41,458 bases of DNA from a bacterium (GTDB taxonomy: Bacteria > UBP6 > UBA1177). A program made the translations under genes and the position numbers. Below the pieces are notes generated by a model. The model was not told the DNA's origin. It worked only from the letters and a program-made list of their open reading frames with translations, and did not search any database. Below, piece by piece: positions 19,572-28,428 of this stretch. Each line of letters begins with the position of its first letter. The first letter of the stretch is position 1. Location of the stretch: contig DAOQAY010000001.1 of NCBI GenBank assembly GCA_035354435.1, forward strand, positions 1-41,458, in the 5' to 3' direction.

Positions 19572-20559
19572 TTTTCACCGTTTTCTTCAAAAGATTCAAA
19601 GCTTTCAGCCATTCACCTGCATCCATCACAAATCCGGCATCTGCAACAGAGAATATTTCAGCGTTCCGGTCAGAATTCACTGCAATTATCTTTGAAGAGG
19701 TCTTCATTCCGGCAAGGTGCTGAGGAGCTCCGGATATCCCGACGGCAATGTAAATATCAGGAGATATCGTCTTGCCTGACTGCCCTACCTGTCTTGAATG
19801 AGGCATCAGTCCGGCTTCAACAACTTTTCTGGAACAGGCGAGCACGCCTCCTATCGATTTAGCGAACTCATCAAATTTACTTATCATTTCCTTAGATCTT
19901 ATTCCCATTCCGATTGCAACAACAACTTTCGCATTTTCAATTTTATCGCTTTCTTTTACTTCAAGACTCAGACGATCAACCTGAATTACATCAGCCACAG
20001 ATAAACTTTCAGTCCAGCTTGTTACAATAATATTTTTCCTGTCACCGGAATACTGTTCTTTTTTGAAAACTGAAGGTCTCACACTCGCCATTTGAGGATT
20101 TGATGACGGAGAAATAATATGAGCGAGTATGTTTCCGCCCAGCGCAGGTCTGATCTGAACAAGTCTGTTTGTTTTATCGATCTCGAACCCTGTGCAGTCA
20201 GCTGTTATCCCGCATTTAAGATTTGCCGCTACTTTCGGTGCAAGCATCCTTCCGTAATCAGTAGCTCCGAAAAAAACTATCGAAGGATCATATTTTCTTA
20301 TTATATCCGATACTGTCTGAGTGTCTGATCCGAGAGGGAAAAAACCTTTCAGAGACCTTTGAGCGATAATAATTTCATCCGCTCCGTATTTTTTCAATTC
20401 CGAAATATCAGCAATTTCATCACAAAGCACTGCGGCAATGACCTTTCCGCCAGTGAGATCTGCAATTCTTCGTCCCTCAGATACAAGTTCATAAGAAATA
20501 TTCTTGAGCGTACTGTTTATATCGACTTCACAAAAAACCATCAATCCGGACGGAACCAT
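19558..20559 (-). CDS. etfA: Electron transfer flavoprotein alpha subunit (no ferredoxin extension)
   Basis: Contains PDIYIAVGISGAPQHLAGM and IIAVNSDRNAEIF. The N-terminal domain is of the EtfA type. The ATG at 20559 directly abuts the TGA of the upstream gene. Confidence 0.9.
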   Translation of the reverse strand: MVPSGLMVFCEVDINSTLKNISYELVSEGRRIADLTGGKVIAAVLCDEIADISELKKYGADEIIIAQRSLKGFFPLGSDTQTVSDIIRKYDPSIVFFGATDYGRMLAPKVAANLKCGITADCTGFEIDKTNRLVQIRPALGGNILAHIISPSSNPQMASVRPSVFKKEQYSGDRKNIIVTSWTESLSVADVIQVDRLSLEVKESDKIENAKVVVAIGMGIRSKEMISKFDEFAKSIGGVLACSRKVVEAGLMPHSRQVGQSGKTISPDIYIAVGISGAPQHLAGMKTSSKIIAVNSDRNAEIFSVADAGFVMDAGEWLKALNLLKKTVKNDNI

Positions 20560-21882
20560 TCAATTAACTCCTAAGCTATGATCTTCCTGTATCAGTCTTA
20601 TAAAATCATCACCTTTCAACTGCCCGCACAGCACATCGACCACACTGTCTTTATAAGAAAAGAATTCGACCTTGACCTTTTTTTCAAGCTCAGTGAGTCC
20701 TTTTCTAATAACATCCATATAAATTTTATATTCCTTTTTTGTCATCATAGGTTCAAATGCATAAGGTGTAAAAGGTTTCGGAGCAAAAGGAGCAATTGAA
20801 AGGTCTGTTTCATTGAGCAGTTTTCTGCTGTCGAGATCTTTTAACAGTCCGATAACATCTGTTGCTTCTTTCGCCGGATCTGTTCCAGGAAGTCCTGCTA
20901 TCAGATAAATTCTTGATTTCATTTCATATTTCTTCAATATCGTCATCGCATTTAATATCGTTTCCGTGGAGAGATTTTTCAATATCCTGCTTCTGGTCGC
21001 CTCGTTTGCACTTTCGACCGCGACAGTCACAGTTCTGACGGAACATTTTTTAAGAAGAGATATCCTGCGGTCTGTTATTTCAACAGCTTTCAGAGAAGAG
21101 AGAGAAAGTGATATTGAATTTTCCGCACATTTTTCCAGTATTTCATCAAAAAAACTCACACTTGCCAAAGATGCTCCCATAAGCGCAACACCTTGTTTTT
21201 CCTCGATAGATTGCTCAACGATTTCCATCACTTTGCTTCTGTCAGCTTCACGGAAAGTTTTGTAAGCATAAGTTGCGGCACAAAATTTACACCTGTTGGT
21301 ACAACCTCTGCTTATTTCAATGATCTTCCTGTTGTTAAAACAATTGCCGTACTTGTGGAGCATCTTGTTCGAGCAGACAGAAAAAGCACCACTGGACGCA
21401 TATGTCGTTCCGAAGCTCTCTTTTCCATCAGTTAAAGCATATGGCAGTGTATTGATAAAACTGAAAACAGCTTCTCTTGTCTCAAGCTCCATCATTTTTT
21501 TTATGTCACTTTCCATACACTCCCCTTCACCGGTAAAGACAGCATCAAAGATCAGGTTCAAAGGCTCAGGGTTCAGCATTACAGCGATTCCGCCAGCTAT
21601 AAGTATAGGAAACATTCCGTTTTCACGATCTTTTTTCAACAAAGGTATTCGATTTTCCTTCAGAATCTTTACAAAATTAAAAAAACTCAGACCGTATGAT
21701 ACTGAAACAAAGACAAACGGTGTTCTATGCAATTTTGTATCGTAAAATATTCCTGAATTTGAATCAAGCGTCACAAGGTCGGGAGAATATTCCTCAAAAG
21801 CATTGAAAAACCAGTGTACAGCAAGATTAGAAATAGCAATATCTCTATTTTCAGGATAGATTAAAACAGGTCTTACTGACAC
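20560..21882 (-). CDS. Radical SAM protein with an N-terminal Rossmann/B12-binding-like domain; substrate unknown
   Basis: Contains EISRGCTNRCKFCAATY (a CX3CX2C motif at 21280..21303). The N-terminal half carries FPILIAGGIAVMLNPEPLNLIFDAVFTGEGE. The GTG start lies 2 nt after the ftsZ stop. Confidence 0.85.
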   Translation of the reverse strand: MSVRPVLIYPENRDIAISNLAVHWFFNAFEEYSPDLVTLDSNSGIFYDTKLHRTPFVFVSVSYGLSFFNFVKILKENRIPLLKKDRENGMFPILIAGGIAVMLNPEPLNLIFDAVFTGEGECMESDIKKMMELETREAVFSFINTLPYALTDGKESFGTTYASSGAFSVCSNKMLHKYGNCFNNRKIIEISRGCTNRCKFCAATYAYKTFREADRSKVMEIVEQSIEEKQGVALMGASLASVSFFDEILEKCAENSISLSLSSLKAVEITDRRISLLKKCSVRTVTVAVESANEATRSRILKNLSTETILNAMTILKKYEMKSRIYLIAGLPGTDPAKEATDVIGLLKDLDSRKLLNETDLSIAPFAPKPFTPYAFEPMMTKKEYKIYMDVIRKGLTELEKKVKVEFFSYKDSVVDVLCGQLKGDDFIRLIQEDHSLGVN

Positions 21883-21884
21883 GG

Positions 21885-23231
21885 CTATCTGGTTTTTTCA
21901 ATTACAAGTTTGTCGACCTTTTTTTCAATGACGGATTCGTTATTTTTAGCTTTTCTCAAATATGCAGGAATGTTCTTGTCATCAAGATTGATATTCTTGC
22001 CGTCATGCAGATCAAGCTCATCATCAAGGTTTGAAGCACTTACTATCTTATCTTTTTCAATAACGAACACCTCTTCCTTTTTTGCGGCAGGAGCAAGCTC
22101 CTCCATTATCACTTCGACCTGATCATCAATCAGTTCTCCGGAATCCGATTTTGCAGTATCTTCTTTTCCCATATCAAAGATCGTGCCCTGATCCCTGGCT
22201 TCAATCTTGCTTTTGACCTTAGGTGCAATATTTGCCGCACTTACAGCATCTTCCGAGGCTTCGGCAACAATAAGGGCATAAACCTTGTCACAGGATTCGC
22301 TCATTGATGCACCCCAGATAAGATCTCCATCTTCGTGAAGCTGTTTTGAAAGAAATTCAACCGCATCAGCAAACTCTTTCATGGGAGTGCCCGCACCGCC
22401 GAAATGAAGAAGCATCTTTTTGGAACCGGATATAGTGAAATCGGCAAGCAGCGGATTGTTAAGCGCCTCCTTTACTGCGTTGATTGCCGCACCTTCACCT
22501 GTTGCACTGCCGAATCCGAACATTGCAAGACCCATGTTTTTCATCGTTTCCCGAACATCTGCAAAATCAACATTGACATATGACTTATTACAGATCAACT
22601 CCGAAAGATTTCTGACAGCATATATCAGAACTTCATTGGGTTTTTTGAACATATCGAATGTCATATCATCATCACTTGCAATATCGAGAAGTCTCTGATT
22701 AGGTATTACAACAAGAGTATCGACATTCTTTCTTAGAGCGTCCATCCCCTCCATCGCATATCTGTGTTTCTTTTTTGCTTCGAAGTTAAACGGTTTTGTT
22801 ACTATCCCCACTGTAAGAATACCCATATTCCTTGCAACTTCGGCAACAACAGCTGCGGCGCCTGTTCCTGTTCCGCCTCCCATTCCGGCAGTAATAAAAA
22901 GCATGTCCAGACCTTCAAGCGACTGTGCTATTGAAACTTTGCTTTCTTCCGCTGCAAGTCTCCCGATCTCTGGAACACCTCCGGCACCCATACCCCTTGT
23001 CAGATCCGGACCAAGCTGTATCTTAACATTGGCACGAGTCCCTTCAAGAGCCTGAACATCGGTGTTTGAGGCAATTATCATAACATCGTTGAAGACAGAG
23101 TACTTGCCGTTATTCTCGGCATTTACAAAAGCATCTCTTTCTTCACACATCATGTCAACAGCATTGCAACCGCCACCTCCGACACCGACAACCCCGATTT
23201 TAACGACCATACTGCTTAAAACCGCTGCCAT
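21885..23231 (-). CDS. ftsZ: Cell division GTPase FtsZ
   Basis: Contains GVGGGGCNAV, GMGGGTGTGAAAVVAEVA and the C-terminal peptide NIPAYLRKA. GGAGG at 23241..23237 lies 5 nt before ATG 23231. The track start at 23243 is a GTG inside that ribosome-binding site. Confidence 0.95.
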   Translation of the reverse strand: MAAVLSSMVVKIGVVGVGGGGCNAVDMMCEERDAFVNAENNGKYSVFNDVMIIASNTDVQALEGTRANVKIQLGPDLTRGMGAGGVPEIGRLAAEESKVSIAQSLEGLDMLFITAGMGGGTGTGAAAVVAEVARNMGILTVGIVTKPFNFEAKKKHRYAMEGMDALRKNVDTLVVIPNQRLLDIASDDDMTFDMFKKPNEVLIYAVRNLSELICNKSYVNVDFADVRETMKNMGLAMFGFGSATGEGAAINAVKEALNNPLLADFTISGSKKMLLHFGGAGTPMKEFADAVEFLSKQLHEDGDLIWGASMSESCDKVYALIVAEASEDAVSAANIAPKVKSKIEARDQGTIFDMGKEDTAKSDSGELIDDQVEVIMEELAPAAKKEEVFVIEKDKIVSASNLDDELDLHDGKNINLDDKNIPAYLRKAKNNESVIEKKVDKLVIEKTR

Positions 23232-23250
23232 TTCCGCCTCCACAGGTTAT

Positions 23251-24480
23251 TTATTCAAAAAATCTTCTAAAAAATTCTCCGAGTTTGCTCATAAATCCGT
23301 TATTTTTGTCCTTGAATCTCATTTTGCCCCTTTCGGCAAAATAATTGATTATTCCGACAGAAGTTGAAAATGACGGTGAGCTTAAAACATCTTTAAATCC
23401 GCTTGATGCCTCATTTATTTTAGGTCTTCCGACTCTGACCGGCTGTTCGAAAACATCTTTGGCAAGAGACTGGATATCCTTTAGTTCTGATGTTCCGCCG
23501 GTAAGAACAATATTTGTCTGAATAAGACTTTCTTTCATTTCCTCATTCAGCCTTTTCCTTACTGACATAAGAATCTCTTCCACTCTGGGGGCAAGAACAC
23601 TGGCAAGAAAATGTACTTTTTTCACCTTCTTCTCTTCAGTACCTATGATACTCACCTCTATCTCTTCATCACTTGAAACATAGTCCGGTCTGGCACTGCC
23701 GAACCTGCATTTGATCCTTTCAGCTTCAACAGGAGGTATCCTCATTGCATAGCTTATATCTGTCGTTATGAACTTTCCGCCCATCGGAATAACCGCCGTA
23801 TATACCGGATCCCCTTTATGGTAAACAGTTATGTCCGTTGTTCCTTCACCGATATCAATAAGTGCGACACCGAGCTGCTTTTCATCCTCTTCAAGCACTG
23901 CCCATCCGCCTGCAATACCGTTAACAAGCACATCTTCAACCCGCAAGCCTGCATCTTCAACAGATTTTGCAAGATTTTTAAGCATTGCAGAAGATGATGT
24001 CAGAATGTGGACTTTCACTTCAAGTCTTCTTCCGGCCATACCTTTCGGATTCCTTATGCCGGCCTGATCATCAACAACAAATTCACCTATTTCTACATTT
24101 ATTATCTGTCTGTCACTTGGAAGACTGATATTTCTTGCCTGTTCAATAACACGGTCAATATCGGTCTGCGCCACTTCCCGGCCTCTTACTGTAACAACAC
24201 CGTGACTGTTCATTGATGCGACATGATCACCTGAAAGTCCGATATATACCGATTTAATATGAATATCGGCTATCTTTTCAGCTTCGGCGATGGATTCCTG
24301 AATAGATCTGGTGGTTGCTTCCATATTAACGACATTCCCGGCAATAATTCCATTCTCGTTCTTTGCAACACCCTTACCGATGAACTGAACTTTTCTGTCA
24401 CTTTCTATTTTTGCGACAAGAGTTGTAACTTTCTTGGTGCCGACATCCAAGGCTACAATAATATTGTCATTTTTAGGCAT
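23251..24480 (-). CDS. ftsA: Cell division protein FtsA
   Basis: Actin-fold motifs VALDVGTKKV, IDIGEGTTDITV and VLTGGTSEL are present. Located between ftsQ and ftsZ. I take ATG 24480; the track start at 24483 is a GTG one codon upstream. Confidence 0.95.
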   Translation of the reverse strand: MPKNDNIIVALDVGTKKVTTLVAKIESDRKVQFIGKGVAKNENGIIAGNVVNMEATTRSIQESIAEAEKIADIHIKSVYIGLSGDHVASMNSHGVVTVRGREVAQTDIDRVIEQARNISLPSDRQIINVEIGEFVVDDQAGIRNPKGMAGRRLEVKVHILTSSSAMLKNLAKSVEDAGLRVEDVLVNGIAGGWAVLEEDEKQLGVALIDIGEGTTDITVYHKGDPVYTAVIPMGGKFITTDISYAMRIPPVEAERIKCRFGSARPDYVSSDEEIEVSIIGTEEKKVKKVHFLASVLAPRVEEILMSVRKRLNEEMKESLIQTNIVLTGGTSELKDIQSLAKDVFEQPVRVGRPKINEASSGFKDVLSSPSFSTSVGIINYFAERGKMRFKDKNNGFMSKLGEFFRRFFE

Positions 24481-25336
24481 CACTCCCCCTCTTTATATTT
24501 TGAAATACTTTTCCCACAATAACTCTTATCTTTTTATCCTTTTCTGTTTTTTCAAAAATATATTCTCCCGCCCACTTGTTCTCATTTAAGAACTTTGATG
24601 CGATATTCATGAACAGATTCTTCATTTCATCAATCTCGGCTATATCAAGAACTTTGCCGAAGTTTATTGCCGATCTCAAAGATCCTGCCCCTTCACAATC
24701 AGCAATGAAGCCTCCTGTAACATCGAATTTTATACTTTTAATTGAGCAGATCCCGGAGCATTGTTTCCAGCTGTCTGTTATAGAGACAGCTGTTTTTATC
24801 TTCTCTTCTCTCAATTCCGGACCTACAGAATCGTAATCAATGTGAAAAAAAGAAAGAGATCCATCAGTTTCACCGGGAAACGCTTTTTTAAAAACAATCC
24901 CTTCAGAATCGGCAAACCACATAGTGAACATATCTTTTTCTTCACCATTGATTTCAGACTTCTTCCTGCTGTTTACTATCAGAGCCGGCTTATACTCAAC
25001 GATCGTAACACTCACTGAATCGGGAAATATCTTCTTAACTGTTGCATTCTTTATCCAGCCGTTGGACATAAGATATGACTCAATTTTTCTTTCATCTATT
25101 TCAAACCAGCTCTTCTCCTGATCAAGACCGGAGATGAGAAGCACTTCATTCTTTTCAACTTTTGAAGTTCCCGTAATTTCTACTTTATCAGGAAACACTT
25201 TGACCATATCACTCTTTTTCCAGTCAGAAATAAGATCCGAACATATCATAAAAAAGGCAATAAAAAGAAAAGTCGTTGTATAAATCAAAAACGCATACAG
25301 CAGAGTATATGCTATTTTTCCGATCTTTTTCAGCAA
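24473..25336 (-). CDS. ftsQ: Cell division protein FtsQ/DivIB-like
   Basis: One N-terminal transmembrane segment (IAYTLLYAFLIYTTTFLFIAFFMI) is followed by a POTRA-like VEITGTSKVEKNEVLLISGL...VTIVEYKP. Position is syntenic. TTG start. Confidence 0.8.
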   Translation of the reverse strand: MLKKIGKIAYTLLYAFLIYTTTFLFIAFFMICSDLISDWKKSDMVKVFPDKVEITGTSKVEKNEVLLISGLDQEKSWFEIDERKIESYLMSNGWIKNATVKKIFPDSVSVTIVEYKPALIVNSRKKSEINGEEKDMFTMWFADSEGIVFKKAFPGETDGSLSFFHIDYDSVGPELREEKIKTAVSITDSWKQCSGICSIKSIKFDVTGGFIADCEGAGSLRSAINFGKVLDIAEIDEMKNLFMNIASKFLNENKWAGEYIFEKTEKDKKIRVIVGKVFQNIKRGSDA

Positions 25337-26238
25337 AGCAGCGCCTCTTCCATTAATTTTTCAATAAGGTTGAGATAGCTTATCCCCCTTTTACCTGCGA
25401 TCATCGGCACAAGAGAATGAGAAGTCATGCCGGGAAGTGTGTTTATCTCAAGCATGATATAATCATCGCCGTTCACAATAAAATCACTTCTTGAGACACC
25501 TTTGCATCCTATCGCTTTATGAAGTTTCAATGCGGCATCCCATATTTCCATGCTTACTTTCTCACTATAGTCAGGGTCGACTATATACTTGGTTTTGTCA
25601 CTTAAATATTTTGATTCAAAATCATAAAATTCATTTGCAGGAATTATTTCAACATCTCCAAGCACTTCATTAAGAAGTACTGCAACATTTATTTCCCTGC
25701 CTTTAAAAAATTTTTCACACAGATAAACCATTCCGGGTTTAAGCTGGGGAACAGTCTCTTTCCATATCTCTTTATTTTTAATTATGTATACGCCGCGACT
25801 TGATCCGTTTACAGGATCTTTGATCACAAACGGAAATTTCATCGGAATTTCCATATCATGCTCAAAAACGATACTCATTCCCGGAGATACTTTTATTCCG
25901 CATTCTTTCATGACCGCTCTGGCTATAATCTTGTTCATTCCCGCAGCACTGGCGCAAACTCCCGAATTTGTATAAGGGATCTTCATCATTTCAAGCAGAC
26001 CCTGAACTGTACCGTCCTCACCGTATTTTCCATGAAGACCGTTAACAACTACATCGGGGGTTAATTCTCTGAGCTTAAGGTCCAGATCAAATCCTGCATC
26101 AACGAAAACTGCATTCCCGTATCCGCCTTTTATCAGCGTGTCGTGCAGCATCTTTCCTGTTTCAAGACTTACCGATCTTTCATCTGACATACCGCCTGCG
26201 ATCACAGCGATCCTCATCTTTTTTGAAAGTTTACTCAT
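25330..26238 (-). CDS. ddl: D-alanine--D-alanine ligase
   Basis: Contains RIAVIAGGMSDERSVSLETG, LHGKYGEDGTVQGLLE and EINTLPGMTSHSLVP. Confidence 0.9.
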   Translation of the reverse strand: MSKLSKKMRIAVIAGGMSDERSVSLETGKMLHDTLIKGGYGNAVFVDAGFDLDLKLRELTPDVVVNGLHGKYGEDGTVQGLLEMMKIPYTNSGVCASAAGMNKIIARAVMKECGIKVSPGMSIVFEHDMEIPMKFPFVIKDPVNGSSRGVYIIKNKEIWKETVPQLKPGMVYLCEKFFKGREINVAVLLNEVLGDVEIIPANEFYDFESKYLSDKTKYIVDPDYSEKVSMEIWDAALKLHKAIGCKGVSRSDFIVNGDDYIMLEINTLPGMTSHSLVPMIAGKRGISYLNLIEKLMEEALLC

Positions 26239-27073
26239 ACCAGTATTTAACCTCTAACTCAAGGTTTATATTAAACATTTCCAACACTCTTTTTTGCGCT
26301 TCATCTTTAAGTCTGCAAAAATCATCAAACACAGCGTCACCTTTATTTATTACTATATTTGCATGTTTGGGACTTAAGCACGCATCGTTTATTTCAAAAC
26401 CCTTCATTCCAGCCTTTTCAAGCAGACTTCCTGCAGATTCAACTTCCGGATTTTTAAAAAGCGAACCGGCGCTCGGCTTCGTTATTCTCATTCTTTTTGA
26501 AAGGTAGTATAAAACTCTCTGTCTTACATTGTCGGGAGTATCTTTCACTAAAATGAGATCCGCTCCGTAAATTATATATGGACTTTCAGGAGCGTTCAAC
26601 AGCGTTCTGTATCCGAATTCAGGAATAAACATCGACACGGCACCGTCTTTTACATAATATACAGAACCGCAGACATCATCCCATGAACAGCCCGCCGGAG
26701 CCGCATTTCCACATATCGCGCCACCGACAGTACCGGGAATACCAGCCATGAACTCAAGACCCGACAGTCCGTTCTTCACTGAGTAATTTATCACTTTATT
26801 GACCGGAGCACCTGCCGGCATAAATGTTTTTACTGCATTTTCGCTCACATCTTCAGTACCGCTGGCTCCAATCATACCGCCCATGAAAAGCACAGGTTTT
26901 TTCACCCGGCCTGCAATAATATTACTGCCGCCGGAAATAATCCTGTAGTCACTGTTTTCAAAAGAAAATCTGACAATATCGTCAATAGATTCAGGGAAAT
27001 ACAAATCACATACAGCATCGCGTATTTTTAGCGTAAGTATTCTGTCGAGATATGCGTCTTTCTTAAGCTTCAT
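26231..27073 (-). CDS. murB: UDP-N-acetylenolpyruvoylglucosamine reductase (short type)
   Basis: Contains SGGSNII, GIPGTVGGAICGNA, PSAGSLFKNP and SPKHANIVINKG. Confidence 0.9.
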   Translation of the reverse strand: MKLKKDAYLDRILTLKIRDAVCDLYFPESIDDIVRFSFENSDYRIISGGSNIIAGRVKKPVLFMGGMIGASGTEDVSENAVKTFMPAGAPVNKVINYSVKNGLSGLEFMAGIPGTVGGAICGNAAPAGCSWDDVCGSVYYVKDGAVSMFIPEFGYRTLLNAPESPYIIYGADLILVKDTPDNVRQRVLYYLSKRMRITKPSAGSLFKNPEVESAGSLLEKAGMKGFEINDACLSPKHANIVINKGDAVFDDFCRLKDEAQKRVLEMFNINLELEVKYWYE

Positions 27074-28428
27074 CAGTTCACCAGATGTCTTAAAATTTCA
27101 TTCAGATCGCCAGCTCCTGCGGTAACAAGTCCGGAAATATGCATTTTATCAATATTTTCCTTCAAAAATTCAAAAGCCTGTTCTTTGCTGTCAAAATAAT
27201 AGACCTCGCCCCCGGACAGCTTCTTTATATCATTATAAAATGTCTTTGAATCAGCTCCATCGATTTTTTCACCTGCAGTAAACACAGGAAGTATTATAAG
27301 TGGTTCCACATCCTTAAGAACATCAAGAAAATTACTGTAGAAAGCAGTAAATCTTGATATTCTGTGAGGTTGAAAAACAAGTCCGAAATTCCCGAATCTT
27401 ATTTCAGCCTGTTCAATGAGAGCTTTTATTTCTGAAGGGTGATGGGCATAATCATCAACAAGACTGACCCCGTTATATTCACCTGTAATTTCGAACCTTC
27501 TGTCAACGGCAGGAATCAATTTCCAGAACTCACCGTAATCAATATCAGGCAGACTTTTCCCTGCCAGTTTAAGGTAATGTGATGAAGCCAGAAGTGCGCC
27601 TGCCCTGTTCTGAAGAATATGTGCCGGCTCATTAATACTGCCGATCTCAATTTCATAATTTCCTGATATCATGTAACATATACCGTCACGATAGAAAAAA
27701 TCAAATCCTGAAATATTCTGGAAAGATCTCTGTTCTTTAAACTCGCTGACAGTCGGAAATGACTCCGAAGAAAACATTGAATAAAGAGAGTTGCTGAGTT
27801 CATAACCCCTTCCAATTATGAGCTTTTCAGGTTTTTCAGCAATTAGATATCTTTCAAATGATTCCAGCATATTTTCCGGACTTGAATAAAAATCCGCATG
27901 TTCGTGTTCAAGATTGTTTATCACAAGGATATCGGGCATTATTTCAAAAATGGAACCGTCGCTTTCATCCAGCTCAATAATATAAGGATCTCCGGCTGAA
28001 ATGCTTGAAATACCCTGACATTTTCCTCCAGCATAGACTGAAGGACATATTCCAGCCTTTCTTAAAATATGATATGTCATCCATGTTGTTGATGTCTTTC
28101 CATGACTTCCTGCAATACCGATTACAGGCTTTCCTTTCACCATCATAGCCAGAAAAGAACCTCTTGATATAACCTTGATTCCTCTATTTACAGCTTCTTT
28201 AATCTCTTCACTTTCATTTGAAACAGCACTGGACCTGACAAGCAAATCAACTCCGTCAAGATGTTGCGGTGAATGACCTTTAAAACATTTAATGCCTTTC
28301 TCTGCTACCATTTTAAAATAAGGACTCGTTTCCTTATCACATCCTGAAACGCCGTATCCGGATGCCTTTGCCATCAGGCAGAGTCCGCTGACTCCGCTTC
28401 CGCCTATGCCCATAAAATGAATATGCAT
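27073..28428 (-). CDS. murC: UDP-N-acetylmuramate--L-alanine ligase
   Basis: Contains HFMGIGGSGVSGLCLMA, GIAGSHGKTSTT and DDYAHHPSEI. Confidence 0.95.
   Translation of the reverse strand: MHIHFMGIGGSGVSGLCLMAKASGYGVSGCDKETSPYFKMVAEKGIKCFKGHSPQHLDGVDLLVRSSAVSNESEEIKEAVNRGIKVISRGSFLAMMVKGKPVIGIAGSHGKTSTTWMTYHILRKAGICPSVYAGGKCQGISSISAGDPYIIELDESDGSIFEIMPDILVINNLEHEHADFYSSPENMLESFERYLIAEKPEKLIIGRGYELSNSLYSMFSSESFPTVSEFKEQRSFQNISGFDFFYRDGICYMISGNYEIEIGSINEPAHILQNRAGALLASSHYLKLAGKSLPDIDYGEFWKLIPAVDRRFEITGEYNGVSLVDDYAHHPSEIKALIEQAEIRFGNFGLVFQPHRISRFTAFYSNFLDVLKDVEPLIILPVFTAGEKIDGADSKTFYNDIKKLSGGEVYYFDSKEQAFEFLKENIDKMHISGLVTAGAGDLNEILRHLVN

Noticed and set aside
17260-21882. The idea that the rSAM/Etf cassette is a recently inserted mobile island.
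   Set aside because: There is no visible change in base composition or codon style, no flanking repeats, and no mobility genes. Junctions on both sides are translationally coupled, which argues for long-standing integration. A quantitative compositional test was not possible here.
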